A DNA stretch of 64,000 bases from contig JAHEFF010000006.1 in the NCBI GenBank assembly GCA_024640315.1, positions 10,169 to 74,168 of the forward strand, read 5' to 3'. Shown piece after piece: positions 27,813 to 36,977 of this stretch. The first letter of the stretch is position 1; the number at the start of each line of letters is the position of its first letter. Position numbers and translations under genes: made by a program. Source of the DNA: Woeseiaceae bacterium (GTDB taxonomy: Bacteria; Pseudomonadota; Gammaproteobacteria; Steroidobacterales; Woeseiaceae). Under the pieces are notes generated by a model, which had not been told where the DNA came from, searched no databases, and was given only the letters and a program-made list of their open reading frames with translations.

Positions 27813-29365
27813 TCTTTTTTCGCGATGCGGTCGCGTGCCATCTGCTTGATTTCACCACGACTCACTTTCTGCGAAGCAGTCAGCGGCAGCTCTGGCACAA
27901 ACGCGATGTAACCAGGCACCTTGAAGTATGTCAGATGCTTCATACAATGATCGAAGATTTTGCGGGCATCCGCGCCTTTCTCATTGATAATAAAGGCAAA
28001 AACCTCATCGCCCCGGATCTCGTCAGGCACCGCACAGACCGCGCAGCCGATCACGTCGGAGCTTTGCAGAAGCACCGCTTCGACCTCGACCGCAGCGATG
28101 TTCTCACCGCTTCGTCGAATGACATTCTTGCGCCGGTCGACGAAGTAGAGAGAGCCGTCGTCACCTTCGCGGACAACATCTCCCGTGTGCCACCAGCCAC
28201 CCTTCCAGCCTTTCTCGGTCGCTTCAGGGTCCTTGTAATAGCCGCTGAAGAATCTCTTCCTGGGGTCGTCGCCTTTTGCTCGAACCAGCAGTTCTCCGGC
28301 TTCACCGGCCGGCACGTCTTCGTCCTGCTCATCCACGACACGGTAGTCCATCGAATCGATTGGCGGACCGATGCAACGACTGCCAACGTGCCGCGGATCT
28401 TTGTACGCAATGGTCATCCCGCCGGCGCCCGACTCCGTCATAGCCCAGGCCTCGATCAACGGTACGCCGAATCGTTTTTCGAACACACCCTGGTGTTTCG
28501 GGTCAGATCCGGGACCAAAACAAAATTTGATCTGCCCCGAAAAATCGTCGCGATCATCTTCCGGCAGTGTGAGCAGAATTGCCGTCATCACGCCCAGGCA
28601 ATGAATGATAGTTGCCTTTTCTTCGCGAACCGTTTGCCACCAGGTGCGCGGGTGGAAACGATCTAATTGGATTACGCAGCCGCCAGAAAGCATCATCGCC
28701 GGGAATGACGTGCACAGCGCGTTCATGTGATTTGGCGGCAGCGGCGTCATCAGCCGGTCGTCCTTATCCATGCTGCAGATTCCACCGAGTCCGACGTACC
28801 AGTCCCCCAACGCCAGAAAATACTCGTTCGACAGCATACAACCCTTGGGTTTACCGGTCGTACCGGAGGTGTACAGCAATGCGGCTTCTGCAGACAAGTC
28901 GGGCCTGGCAAGCTTCGCGGCGCCCACACTGCCAGTCAGGTCGGATTCGGCGATGACTTCGCAAATGTCCAGCCCGGCAAATCGTTCGCCGTACTCGGGC
29001 AGCGCAACGAGCAGCCGGCTGTCACTGTGACCGACGATATGCAGAAGCTCATCGTCACTCGCGCCGGAGTTTAAGGGCACAATGCTGACGCCCAGCGCAT
29101 TCAGCGCAAGCAGGTGAAGATAAACCTCAAGGCGACTGTCGAAGGCCAGCGCAACCCGGTCGCCGGGCTCGAGGCGTCTTGCCGCGTAGCCGACGATCAA
29201 CTGGCCGACCCGGGTTCTTGTTTCTTCGTATGAGTATTCGATCGCGGAGTCTGAATAAGCCTTTGCACTGTCAGCGGGCACACGAAGAAAGGACCGCGGA
29301 CCATACTCCTCAACAGCCCGTTCGAACGCCTGATATACGCTGTGCTGTTCCGCGACTGATCCCAT
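27770..29365 (-). CDS. AMP-forming acyl/aryl-CoA ligase
   Basis: Has LYTSGTTGKPKGCM, TGD and a C-terminal K motif. Trimmed to MGSVAEQ, so that TGATG overlaps the upstream stop by 1 nt. Confidence 0.9.
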   Translation of the reverse strand: MGSVAEQHSVYQAFERAVEEYGPRSFLRVPADSAKAYSDSAIEYSYEETRTRVGQLIVGYAARRLEPGDRVALAFDSRLEVYLHLLALNALGVSIVPLNSGASDDELLHIVGHSDSRLLVALPEYGERFAGLDICEVIAESDLTGSVGAAKLARPDLSAEAALLYTSGTTGKPKGCMLSNEYFLALGDWYVGLGGICSMDKDDRLMTPLPPNHMNALCTSFPAMMLSGGCVIQLDRFHPRTWWQTVREEKATIIHCLGVMTAILLTLPEDDRDDFSGQIKFCFGPGSDPKHQGVFEKRFGVPLIEAWAMTESGAGGMTIAYKDPRHVGSRCIGPPIDSMDYRVVDEQDEDVPAGEAGELLVRAKGDDPRKRFFSGYYKDPEATEKGWKGGWWHTGDVVREGDDGSLYFVDRRKNVIRRSGENIAAVEVEAVLLQSSDVIGCAVCAVPDEIRGDEVFAFIINEKGADARKIFDHCMKHLTYFKVPGYIAFVPELPLTASQKVSRGEIKQMARDRIAKKECADLREFKKRKRM

Positions 29366-30819
29366 CAGTCGGGCACCTCCCAATGCGGGGGTAACAAACG
29401 GCGTTTTCCGTCACTGGACAAGGAAACGCCGGGCGCGTCCTTGTCCTCGCGATCCCACAATTCGCAGGTAACCTGCTTGTGCCTGGTATCGAGGGCCTCG
29501 CAGTAGTTTGAATAGATGCAGACCCTGACCTGGTCTCCGTAACCAAGCCGCATTTTCAGGAACCAGTCCGGATCCGCAATTGACTGTCTTGCAGAGCCTA
29601 TGATGTCAGCCTCACCGGCCTGCAGTATTCGCTCTGCCTCGACGAAGCCGTGAATGCCGCCTGCGACGACTACCGGCGTTTCGTAACCAGCCTCTCTGAT
29701 CGCGCGCCGCACCTGGGCCGTCGCGGGAAGATTGCGGCCGAAAGGGCCTTTCTCGTCAGAAATGTACTGCGGCATGCATTCGTAACCGCTCTGGCCTGTG
29801 TACGGATAAGCCGCCGCCCCTACCTTCGGCTGTTTCGCGTCCTCGAATTTGCCACCGCGCGACAGTGACAGGAAATCCATGCCAGCTCTCGCAAACTCCA
29901 CGCCGAAATATGCCGCGTCATCTGCCACCGAACCCCGCTCGATAATTTCGTCGGCGAGAAAACGGCAGCCCACAACGTAGTCGTCGCCAGTGGCTTGCCG
30001 CACAGCACGGTATACCTCAATCGGCAGGCGCGCGCGACCTGCAAGATCACCACCATAGCCGTCGTCGCGAGTGTTGCGCGCTGAAAGGAATGAGGCCATC
30101 GTATAAGCGTGAGCAAAGTGCAGCTCGACACCATCGAAACCCGCCTTTTGTGCACGCACTGCTGCATCGGCAAAAAGGCGTGGAAGCGTCTGCGGAAGGT
30201 CCCTGATGTGAGGTAAATCAGTATCGGTCACGCGCTCCCGGTAACCCTGTGCATAGCTCTCGTACTCGCGCCGGCTGAGTGCCTCGACGAGAGCCTCATC
30301 CGTCAGCTCCAGAAGTTTTTCGCGAATCTCTTCGTCGGTAAATTTGTTGTAGAAATACGCGCGATGTTCGTCAGTGATTTTAAGGTAACGCTCGAAGTAC
30401 TTCTCGGCTGTCGGCCGGCGGTTGATGCGCAGGAAGTCGATGATCTGAATGAAGAGCTTCGTTTCACCTTCACTGGCTTCGCGAACCGCTTCTACCAGTT
30501 CCTGTAGTCCGGGAATAAAACGGTCATCGCCGATCCGGAGTAATGGCCCGCTGGGGACATCGCGAATACCGGTCGCCTCGACGACAATAACGCCGGGCTT
30601 GCCTTCTGCGTAACGGCGGTACCAGTCGAGCACATCCGACGTGATCATGCCATCTTCCGTCGCGCGCCAGGGTACCATCGCCGGGACCCAGGTTCGTTGC
30701 GACAACCGGGTCGGCCCGATCGCGACAGGGCTGAACAACTTCGATGCAGCAGCCTCTTCTGCTGTCGGCCACGGACCCGGCTGTGGTTTGTATTTGATTC
30801 TTTCTTTTGGTCGCCACAT
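29365..30819 (-). CDS. NADH:flavin oxidoreductase (Old Yellow Enzyme / 2,4-dienoyl-CoA-reductase N-terminal-domain type)
   Basis: 484 aa. Contains GVELHFAHAYTMASFLS and a GG.GR.RL-type motif. A C-terminal Cys-containing stretch (CIYSNYCEALDTRHKQVTC) resembles an incomplete FadH Fe-S motif. Confidence 0.82.
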   Translation of the reverse strand: MWRPKERIKYKPQPGPWPTAEEAAASKLFSPVAIGPTRLSQRTWVPAMVPWRATEDGMITSDVLDWYRRYAEGKPGVIVVEATGIRDVPSGPLLRIGDDRFIPGLQELVEAVREASEGETKLFIQIIDFLRINRRPTAEKYFERYLKITDEHRAYFYNKFTDEEIREKLLELTDEALVEALSRREYESYAQGYRERVTDTDLPHIRDLPQTLPRLFADAAVRAQKAGFDGVELHFAHAYTMASFLSARNTRDDGYGGDLAGRARLPIEVYRAVRQATGDDYVVGCRFLADEIIERGSVADDAAYFGVEFARAGMDFLSLSRGGKFEDAKQPKVGAAAYPYTGQSGYECMPQYISDEKGPFGRNLPATAQVRRAIREAGYETPVVVAGGIHGFVEAERILQAGEADIIGSARQSIADPDWFLKMRLGYGDQVRVCIYSNYCEALDTRHKQVTCELWDREDKDAPGVSLSSDGKRRLLPPHWEVPD

Positions 30820-30827
30820 CGTATCGA

Positions 30828-31607
30828 TTAGTCCCGGGAACCGGTCTCCTGTAATTGCGCTTCGAATGAACCCCTGATGTAGTCCGGTATCCGGATGGAC
30901 TCAAATCCGTCATCCAGCATTTGCACAAAAACGACCACCTGTTCGTTTTCAACGAGGCACTCCTCGTTGCTGACCAACCAGCTTTTGAATGTCATGGACC
31001 GGTCGCCGATCTTGACGGGACGAAGCCAGATCGAAACGGATTCGCCAACCGCAGGGAGCCTCCTGACACGCGTATTGAACTGAACGGTTGGGATGCCGAC
31101 TTTGCGTTCGACGTGCAATTCATTAAACGGCACATCAAGCGTGGCTTCGAACCACTCCTCAATTGCCTGGTTCAAAAGCTCGAAGTACCGTGACAACTGC
31201 ATGCATCCGGTCCGACCCGAGGACCACTCGCCGACAACTTCCGGTTCCGTTATGAAAGCTACGGCGTTTTGCCGGTGCGCATCAGCCGCTAGTTCACTGT
31301 GGGTTTCCAGCGGGCGCATCGAAAAACAGTCGTTGCCGTTCATCCGGCCTGTCACGGACCAGCCACCGGACTTTGAATCGGCGTCAACAGCGATACTGAT
31401 CTGGTCACCGAGCCGGTTTGGTTTCAGAAATTGCGTCTTGATTGCTGTGGGCGTTCCCGCAAATGGCACATCAGCGAAATGGCGAAAGATCATCTCGAAA
31501 TATCGTGGATAAAAGACGATGCCGGCCGGATCCACCTGGGGAAATCGGATCGTCACCACGCGCTCCGCCAGTCGGGGCATTTGCTCGCCTTTACTGTTTG
31601 CAGTCAC
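30828..31607 (-). CDS. tandem hot-dog (4HBT-type) acyl-CoA thioesterase
   Basis: 259 aa with two repeats of the 4HBT pattern (VDPAGIVFYPRYFEM..., LSRYFELLNQAIEEWF...). GTG start at 31607. ATG 31580 (MPRLAERV) is an alternative. Confidence 0.68.
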   Translation of the reverse strand: MTANSKGEQMPRLAERVVTIRFPQVDPAGIVFYPRYFEMIFRHFADVPFAGTPTAIKTQFLKPNRLGDQISIAVDADSKSGGWSVTGRMNGNDCFSMRPLETHSELAADAHRQNAVAFITEPEVVGEWSSGRTGCMQLSRYFELLNQAIEEWFEATLDVPFNELHVERKVGIPTVQFNTRVRRLPAVGESVSIWLRPVKIGDRSMTFKSWLVSNEECLVENEQVVVFVQMLDDGFESIRIPDYIRGSFEAQLQETGSRD

Positions 31608-31627
31608 AACAGCCCTGAACCGCCTCT

Positions 31628-31647
31628 TGTTTTCTTATGTTTTCTTG
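31628..31647. repeat. tandem 10-bp direct repeat TGTTTTCTTA/TGTTTTCTTG in the thioesterase-MarR divergent intergenic region
   Basis: Read directly, 9/10 identical units, 21-40 nt from the thioesterase GTG. Function unknown; possibly an operator or UP-like element. Confidence 0.4.
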
Positions 31648-31780
31648 TTTGCCCGGCAATTATTATAAACTTAAAATAACTCAGTGTAAAAAATCGATCA
31701 TGACTTATTTGAGGTTCGCAATTGCTTTCCCGCCACGATATTATTGGCGCCGCCACTCCTGCCAGAGAACGTGTATCTCC

Positions 31781-32251
31781 ATGAATCAAAAAGAAAAAAT
31801 ACCAAGCAAGGGCGACTCGAGAACCAAGGAATCCATACGAACCTGGCTGCGACTCTTGTCCTGCGAGACGGTCATCGAGCAGCAATTGCGCTCTCTTTTC
31901 AGGACCAATTTTTCGGTCACCCTGCCTCAATTCGACGTACTGTCCGAACTTGAGCGGACAGGCGAGCAGATGACGATGTCCGAGCTCTCAAGAGAACTCA
32001 TGGTCTCTAACGGCAACGTGACCGGCGTCATCGACCGGCTGGAGAAAAACGGCTTTGTCACCAGGACCCGCGCAGAACACGACCGTCGCGTCCAGTATAT
32101 TGAGCTGACGCCAAAGGGCCTTGGCGAATTCAATGAAATGGCCCGACATCATGCCTCCTGGCTCGATGATATGCTTTCAGATTTGTCGATGAACGACATG
32201 GCAAGTCTGCAGCAATTGCTTCTCAAAACGAGGAGCTCTGCCGGTAAGTAA
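31781..32251 (+). CDS. MarR-family transcriptional regulator
   Basis: Track ORF 31637..32251 trimmed to MNQKEKIPSKG. Winged-helix core LPQFDVLSELERTGEQMTMSELSRELMVSNGNVTGVIDRLEKNGFV.R..EHDRR. Confidence 0.85.
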   Translation: MNQKEKIPSKGDSRTKESIRTWLRLLSCETVIEQQLRSLFRTNFSVTLPQFDVLSELERTGEQMTMSELSRELMVSNGNVTGVIDRLEKNGFVTRTRAEHDRRVQYIELTPKGLGEFNEMARHHASWLDDMLSDLSMNDMASLQQLLLKTRSSAGK

Positions 32252-32292
32252 TTTGTCACAACTCCGTCCCCGCCAGATGTTTGGAGATCGAT

Positions 32293-32700
32293 TCACCTGG
32301 CGCGATCAACTGCCCGGGGAATAATGGCGGTCGACTCAATTTCGATCATCGCGTTTGGCTCAACGAGGCCTGTCACACCCACAACCGCCATCGCGGGAAA
32401 ATTCTTGCCCATGACGTCCCTGTAGGTTCGACCGATGCCGGGAAGATTATTCCGGTAATTTTCGAGGTCAGTGACATACCAGGTCATTCGCACGACATGC
32501 TCGGGACCGGCGTCCGCTTCTGCGAGGACCGCGACCGTGTTCCTGAGCGTTTGTTCCAGTTGTTCAACGAAGTCATCCGGAAACTCTCCTTTTTCATTCC
32601 AGCCAATCATGCCGGCCACGTGGACCTGCTGTCCGCTGGCAAGAATTCCATTTGAATATCCGCTTGGCCTTGACCATCCCTGCGGTAGTAAATGCTTCAT
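32293..32700 (-). CDS. ridA: RidA/YjgF-family enamine/imine deaminase
   Basis: 135 aa. GYSNGI...HVAGMIG...PAMAVVGV..L.....IEIE pattern of the YjgF/RidA fold. ATGA overlap with the ACAD stop. Confidence 0.88.
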   Translation of the reverse strand: MKHLLPQGWSRPSGYSNGILASGQQVHVAGMIGWNEKGEFPDDFVEQLEQTLRNTVAVLAEADAGPEHVVRMTWYVTDLENYRNNLPGIGRTYRDVMGKNFPAMAVVGVTGLVEPNAMIEIESTAIIPRAVDRAR

Positions 32701-33860
32701 TGATTGTTTCCACTGTAGGTTTGTCTTGCGATGATAATTTTCTGCACTTCGCTCGCGCCTTCATAGATTCGTAGAGCACGAATTTCGCGATAGAGGCTTT
32801 CTGCCATGTTGCCCTTTGTGACGCCCTTTCCACCGTATAGCTGTACTGCCCGGTCGATTATTTTTTGCGCCGCCTCAGTCGCATAGAGTTTTGCCATCGC
32901 CGCTTCGCGCGTGACCCGATCCTGGTAGCAGTCTTTCGCCCACGCAGACCTGTAAACCAGCAGCGCGCTTGCATCGATCTCAGTCGCCATGTCGGCAACG
33001 GCGCTTTCCGTCATTTGCAACGCGGCGAGCGGCGCTCCGAAAATTTGCCGGGTAGTCGTATGTTGCAGCGCTTCATCCAGCGCACGCCTGGCGAAGCCCA
33101 AAGCAGCGGCCGCAACGGTGGTGCGAAACACATCCAGTGTCGCCATTGCGACTTTGAAACCTTCACCTGCAGCGCCAATCATTGCCGAGTTCGGGACACG
33201 GCAGTCATTGAACGAGAGCGTTGCCAGGGGATGTGGCGCAATCGTCTCGATACGCTCCGTGATCGAAAGACCCGGATTATTTGCATCAACAATGAAAGCA
33301 CTCAGGCCTCGGGCACCTGGCGCTTCCCCGGTACGCGCAAAGACGCAATAGAAGTCAGCGATTCCGCCGTTCGAAATCCAGGTCTTCGCGCCATTGAGAA
33401 CGAATTCGTCCCCTGCCGCTACAGCGGTTGTCGCCATCGCCCCAACATCGGAGCCCGCTTCAGCCTCCGACAATGCAAACGCTGCAATCGTTTTGCCTGC
33501 GGCCACGCCTGGCAGGTAGTTCCTGCATTGTTCATCCGTACCGAAAAGCGAGATCGGGCCGCTACCAAGACCCTGCATTGCAAAAGAAAAGTCGGCCAGG
33601 CCTGAGTGATATCCGAGAGTCTCCCGGCACAATGCAAGACTTCTCACATCGAGTTTATCTGCGGCGCCACCCCATTCGGCAGGAACGCAATTTCTGAGAA
33701 TCCCGGCCTTTCCAAGATCAACCACCAGTGAGCGGCATAATTCGTCGACGTCGCCATCGTGGCTGAACACTTGCTGCCCACACCAGTCATCGAGGCCGGC
33801 CTTCAATTTGCGATGGCTGTCCTCCAGGAATGGCCAGTCGAGATAACTTTTGTCACTCAT
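32697..33860 (-). CDS. acyl-CoA dehydrogenase
   Basis: Trimmed to [11 protein letters not shown]; the Arg-rich 41-aa extension in the track overlaps the upstream gene. Has GSDVGAM, WISNGG and the catalytic-base region [17 protein letters not shown]. Confidence 0.9.
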   Translation of the reverse strand: MSDKSYLDWPFLEDSHRKLKAGLDDWCGQQVFSHDGDVDELCRSLVVDLGKAGILRNCVPAEWGGAADKLDVRSLALCRETLGYHSGLADFSFAMQGLGSGPISLFGTDEQCRNYLPGVAAGKTIAAFALSEAEAGSDVGAMATTAVAAGDEFVLNGAKTWISNGGIADFYCVFARTGEAPGARGLSAFIVDANNPGLSITERIETIAPHPLATLSFNDCRVPNSAMIGAAGEGFKVAMATLDVFRTTVAAAALGFARRALDEALQHTTTRQIFGAPLAALQMTESAVADMATEIDASALLVYRSAWAKDCYQDRVTREAAMAKLYATEAAQKIIDRAVQLYGGKGVTKGNMAESLYREIRALRIYEGASEVQKIIIARQTYSGNNQ

Positions 33861-33864
33861 TGCA

Positions 33865-34671
33865 TCAGTCGCCTTCGAAGTCCGGTTTTTCCTTGTTGAC
33901 GAACGCTTTGTACGCGCGTTCGAAATCAGCCGTCTGCATGCAGATTGCCTGTGCCTGGGCCTCTGCCTCGATTGCTTCGTCAATCGACATGTCCCACTCT
34001 ACGTTGAGCTGATTCTTCGTCATGCCGTGCGCGAAATTTGGACCGGCTGCGAGTTTTGCCGCCGACGTCAACGAATGCGTCATTAATTCTTGCGGCTCGG
34101 CCAGTGCGTTGAACCAGCCCCAGCGCTCGCCCTCCGCGGCGCTCATCGAACGGCCCGTGAACAGAAGTTCGGACGCCCTGCCCTGACCGATGATTCTCGG
34201 CAAGATTGCACAGGCACCCATGTCAGCCCCGGCAAGTCCGACGCGGGTAAAGAGAAACGCCGTTTTTGATCGCGGCGTCCCATAACGAAGATCGCATGCC
34301 ATCGCGATCGCCGCGCCGGCACCGGCACATATTCCATCGATAGCACCGATTACGGGTTGCGGACAATGTCGAATTGCTTTGACCAGGTCGCCCGTCATGC
34401 GGGTAAACTGAAGCAGACCCTTCATATTCATTTTCGTCAACGGACCGATGATTTCGTGCACATCACCGCCTGAGCAGAAGTTCTCACCGGCGCCGGTGAT
34501 GACGACAGCTTTCACCTCGTTGTTCGACACCAGTGAACGAAACGTATCCCGGAGTTCGGCATAGGAATCGAACGTCAGGGGATTCTTTCGCTCCGGTCTG
34601 TTCAACGTGACTGTTGCGACACCGCTGCCGTCAAGTTGCCACAAAAAATGCTCGGGATTGATAGTAGTCAT
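33865..34671 (-). CDS. enoyl-CoA hydratase/isomerase (crotonase fold)
   Basis: 268 aa. Contains [16 protein letters not shown] and [19 protein letters not shown] (oxyanion-hole motifs). Confidence 0.9.
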   Translation of the reverse strand: MTTINPEHFLWQLDGSGVATVTLNRPERKNPLTFDSYAELRDTFRSLVSNNEVKAVVITGAGENFCSGGDVHEIIGPLTKMNMKGLLQFTRMTGDLVKAIRHCPQPVIGAIDGICAGAGAAIAMACDLRYGTPRSKTAFLFTRVGLAGADMGACAILPRIIGQGRASELLFTGRSMSAAEGERWGWFNALAEPQELMTHSLTSAAKLAAGPNFAHGMTKNQLNVEWDMSIDEAIEAEAQAQAICMQTADFERAYKAFVNKEKPDFEGD

Positions 34672-34678
34672 TGTGTTC

Positions 34679-35434
34679 TCACGTTACTTCGCCGCCTGCG
34701 ATAGCGATCGCCTGTCCGTTCATCGATTCCTGCCTGCACAACCAGATCACCGTGTCCGCGACCTCTTCAGGTAATATCAGGCGTCCCTGAGGGTTGGTGC
34801 TCACCAGGTTGGCCAGCGCCTCTTCCCGGCTACGCCCCGTGGTTCTGGCGATATTGTCGAGGGCTTGCTGCACGATATCGGTATCCGTATATCCGGGACA
34901 CACCGCATTCACCGTAATCCCTTTTCTTGCGTACTCGGCGGCCAGCGCACGGGTGAGCCCGATTACGCCGTGTTTCGCTGCGCAGTATGCCGCTACATAG
35001 GCGGCACCCTTCAGCGCCGCTACGCTTGCCACATTGACAATTCGACCGCTGCCTTTTTCGAGCATGCCGCCGATTGCTGCCCTGGTGCAGTTGTAGACGC
35101 CTGTCAGGTTGACGGCCAGCGTTCTGTCCCACAACTCGTCATCCATTTTTGCAAAAGGCATCGCCTCGGCGACGCCAGCATTATTGACGAGTATGTCGAT
35201 CGTGCCGTTCAGGTTGGTCGCTGCAGCAAAGGCGGCCGCAACTTGCTGCCGATCCGTAACGTCTGCCGCCTGGCTTGATACGCCCAGCTCGGTCGCTTTT
35301 GCAGCGAGCTTCTCGCGGCTTCTGCCAACGATGGTCACCACGGCACCTTTGTCGACGAAGACCCTGGCTATCGCTGCCCCAATGCCGCTGCCACCACCCG
35401 TCACCAGCGCATGCCTGCCCTCATACCAGCTCAA
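34679..35434 (-). CDS. SDR, 3-hydroxyacyl-CoA-dehydrogenase-like
   Basis: 251 aa. Has [12 protein letters not shown] and YCAAKHG. Confidence 0.87.
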   Translation of the reverse strand: MSWYEGRHALVTGGGSGIGAAIARVFVDKGAVVTIVGRSREKLAAKATELGVSSQAADVTDRQQVAAAFAAATNLNGTIDILVNNAGVAEAMPFAKMDDELWDRTLAVNLTGVYNCTRAAIGGMLEKGSGRIVNVASVAALKGAAYVAAYCAAKHGVIGLTRALAAEYARKGITVNAVCPGYTDTDIVQQALDNIARTTGRSREEALANLVSTNPQGRLILPEEVADTVIWLCRQESMNGQAIAIAGGEVT

Positions 35435-35480
35435 GCGAAATGCTCCAGCTTGATGGTCGCCAAATGCCCTCTGAAGTTAG

Positions 35481-36977
35481 TCATCCATTTGCCTCCAGTG
35501 CTGCCATTGTCTCGTCAAATACCCTGCCTTGCTCATCAGCCAGGGCCGCGCGATGTAGTCGCCGCACCGCGTCGGCATTTTTTGTCGCGGCTGCTGCACC
35601 AACGGTGGCCAGGTACCGGGTCCGGCCCCGCTCGTAGGTTTCGCCATAGCCCTTTACGATTTCAATGCAACGCGCAACAGACAGCGCATAATCGTAGTCA
35701 TCACAAACTGCCGCCGTCACTTTGTCCAGCCAGTCATCAATAAAGATCTTTTGCTGCTTGTACCTGTACGTCGTGCGTCGAATTCGTTTCATTTTCGACA
35801 GCATGTACAAAAACAGGAAACCCGAAATGCTCGTGGTGGAAATATTGCGGCCCTTGCGAAAAAACGGCGCCAACATTTTCCGAAGCAGAGCCGACCGGAG
35901 AATCATCGACCCAAGGAAAGACGGCAAGGCATCGCAGAACTCCTCGATTCTCGGATGAAAATATTCAACAACACGAACCGGCTGGTCATCCCCTGCGGCG
36001 ACGTGCTTGCGAATCCGATCGAATCTTTCGCGCCGTGTTTTCAGGTCCGCGACGCGAATCGTATCCTCGTATGACATTTGCAGTGCCAACTGCCGGGCAA
36101 CCTCCGCTGTCAGCGCATAGTCAAAGTCTGCGTTGTCGGCCTGAACGAATGCGCCGAGCGCGTCCAGATAGTCGTTGGCATAGCGAATGTCCTGATAATC
36201 CAGCGTTCTCAAGGCGCCATGCAGGGCTATATCTCGAACTGCCTCAGGTAATTCTGCTTTGACACGTTCTGCCAGCGCCCGACCACTGGGGCCACGAGGA
36301 CTCGCCTTTTCAATCGCAATGACCGGGTCCTGCACGGGCGCCTCATTGACCCCGTCGAAACCGGCGGCAAAGCCGCGCAGGTTCGATTCGACCGCTTTGC
36401 CCATTCTCCGAATTGTCTCTTCAAAAGCCTGCCGGTCGAACGGCAGCGCACCACTTGCTGCGATGGCGCCCAGCAACACCGAACTGATCACGCTTCCGGT
36501 TTCGTCAGCGGCCTTTTGCATATCGAAGCAAACGAATTGCTTCGAGGCTCGCACCGCAACATCGGCGACTCTGGATAAATCCATAATGCCGTCACCCAGC
36601 GCTTCCTTCTCCGGCATCGAATAAACCCGATGGCTGCTGGCAATGAGGGTGGTCGCGTTCGGTGTAACAAATCCTTTCTCGATGGCACGCCCGGTTTCTG
36701 CCATTTCGCCGGCAATGACCAGGTCGACATCACCCGGAACGGGATACGGTGTAAAGACAGGCAACTGCCCGGCAACACGCGCGGCTTCCTGTGGAAACAT
36801 TTCGACACAATAGACTGTGGCCCCGGTTCGCTGCGCCACACCGGCAACATACGTCGATTGGGCTATGTAGCCATTCGCCTCTGCCGTTTCGACCAGCCAC
36901 CCGGTAAGGACGCCGCCGCCCTGGCCGCCGAGCGCCAGCATCGCGACTGATATCGGCCGCTCGCGATTCGTATCCAT
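35481..36977 (-). CDS. iorB: indolepyruvate (arylpyruvate) ferredoxin oxidoreductase, beta subunit
   Basis: Trimmed to MDTNRERPISVAMLALGGQGGGVL, a start 1 nt overlapping the iorA stop. About 498 aa, the long proteobacterial IorB type. Confidence 0.85.
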   Translation of the reverse strand: MDTNRERPISVAMLALGGQGGGVLTGWLVETAEANGYIAQSTYVAGVAQRTGATVYCVEMFPQEAARVAGQLPVFTPYPVPGDVDLVIAGEMAETGRAIEKGFVTPNATTLIASSHRVYSMPEKEALGDGIMDLSRVADVAVRASKQFVCFDMQKAADETGSVISSVLLGAIAASGALPFDRQAFEETIRRMGKAVESNLRGFAAGFDGVNEAPVQDPVIAIEKASPRGPSGRALAERVKAELPEAVRDIALHGALRTLDYQDIRYANDYLDALGAFVQADNADFDYALTAEVARQLALQMSYEDTIRVADLKTRRERFDRIRKHVAAGDDQPVRVVEYFHPRIEEFCDALPSFLGSMILRSALLRKMLAPFFRKGRNISTTSISGFLFLYMLSKMKRIRRTTYRYKQQKIFIDDWLDKVTAAVCDDYDYALSVARCIEIVKGYGETYERGRTRYLATVGAAAATKNADAVRRLHRAALADEQGRVFDETMAALEANG

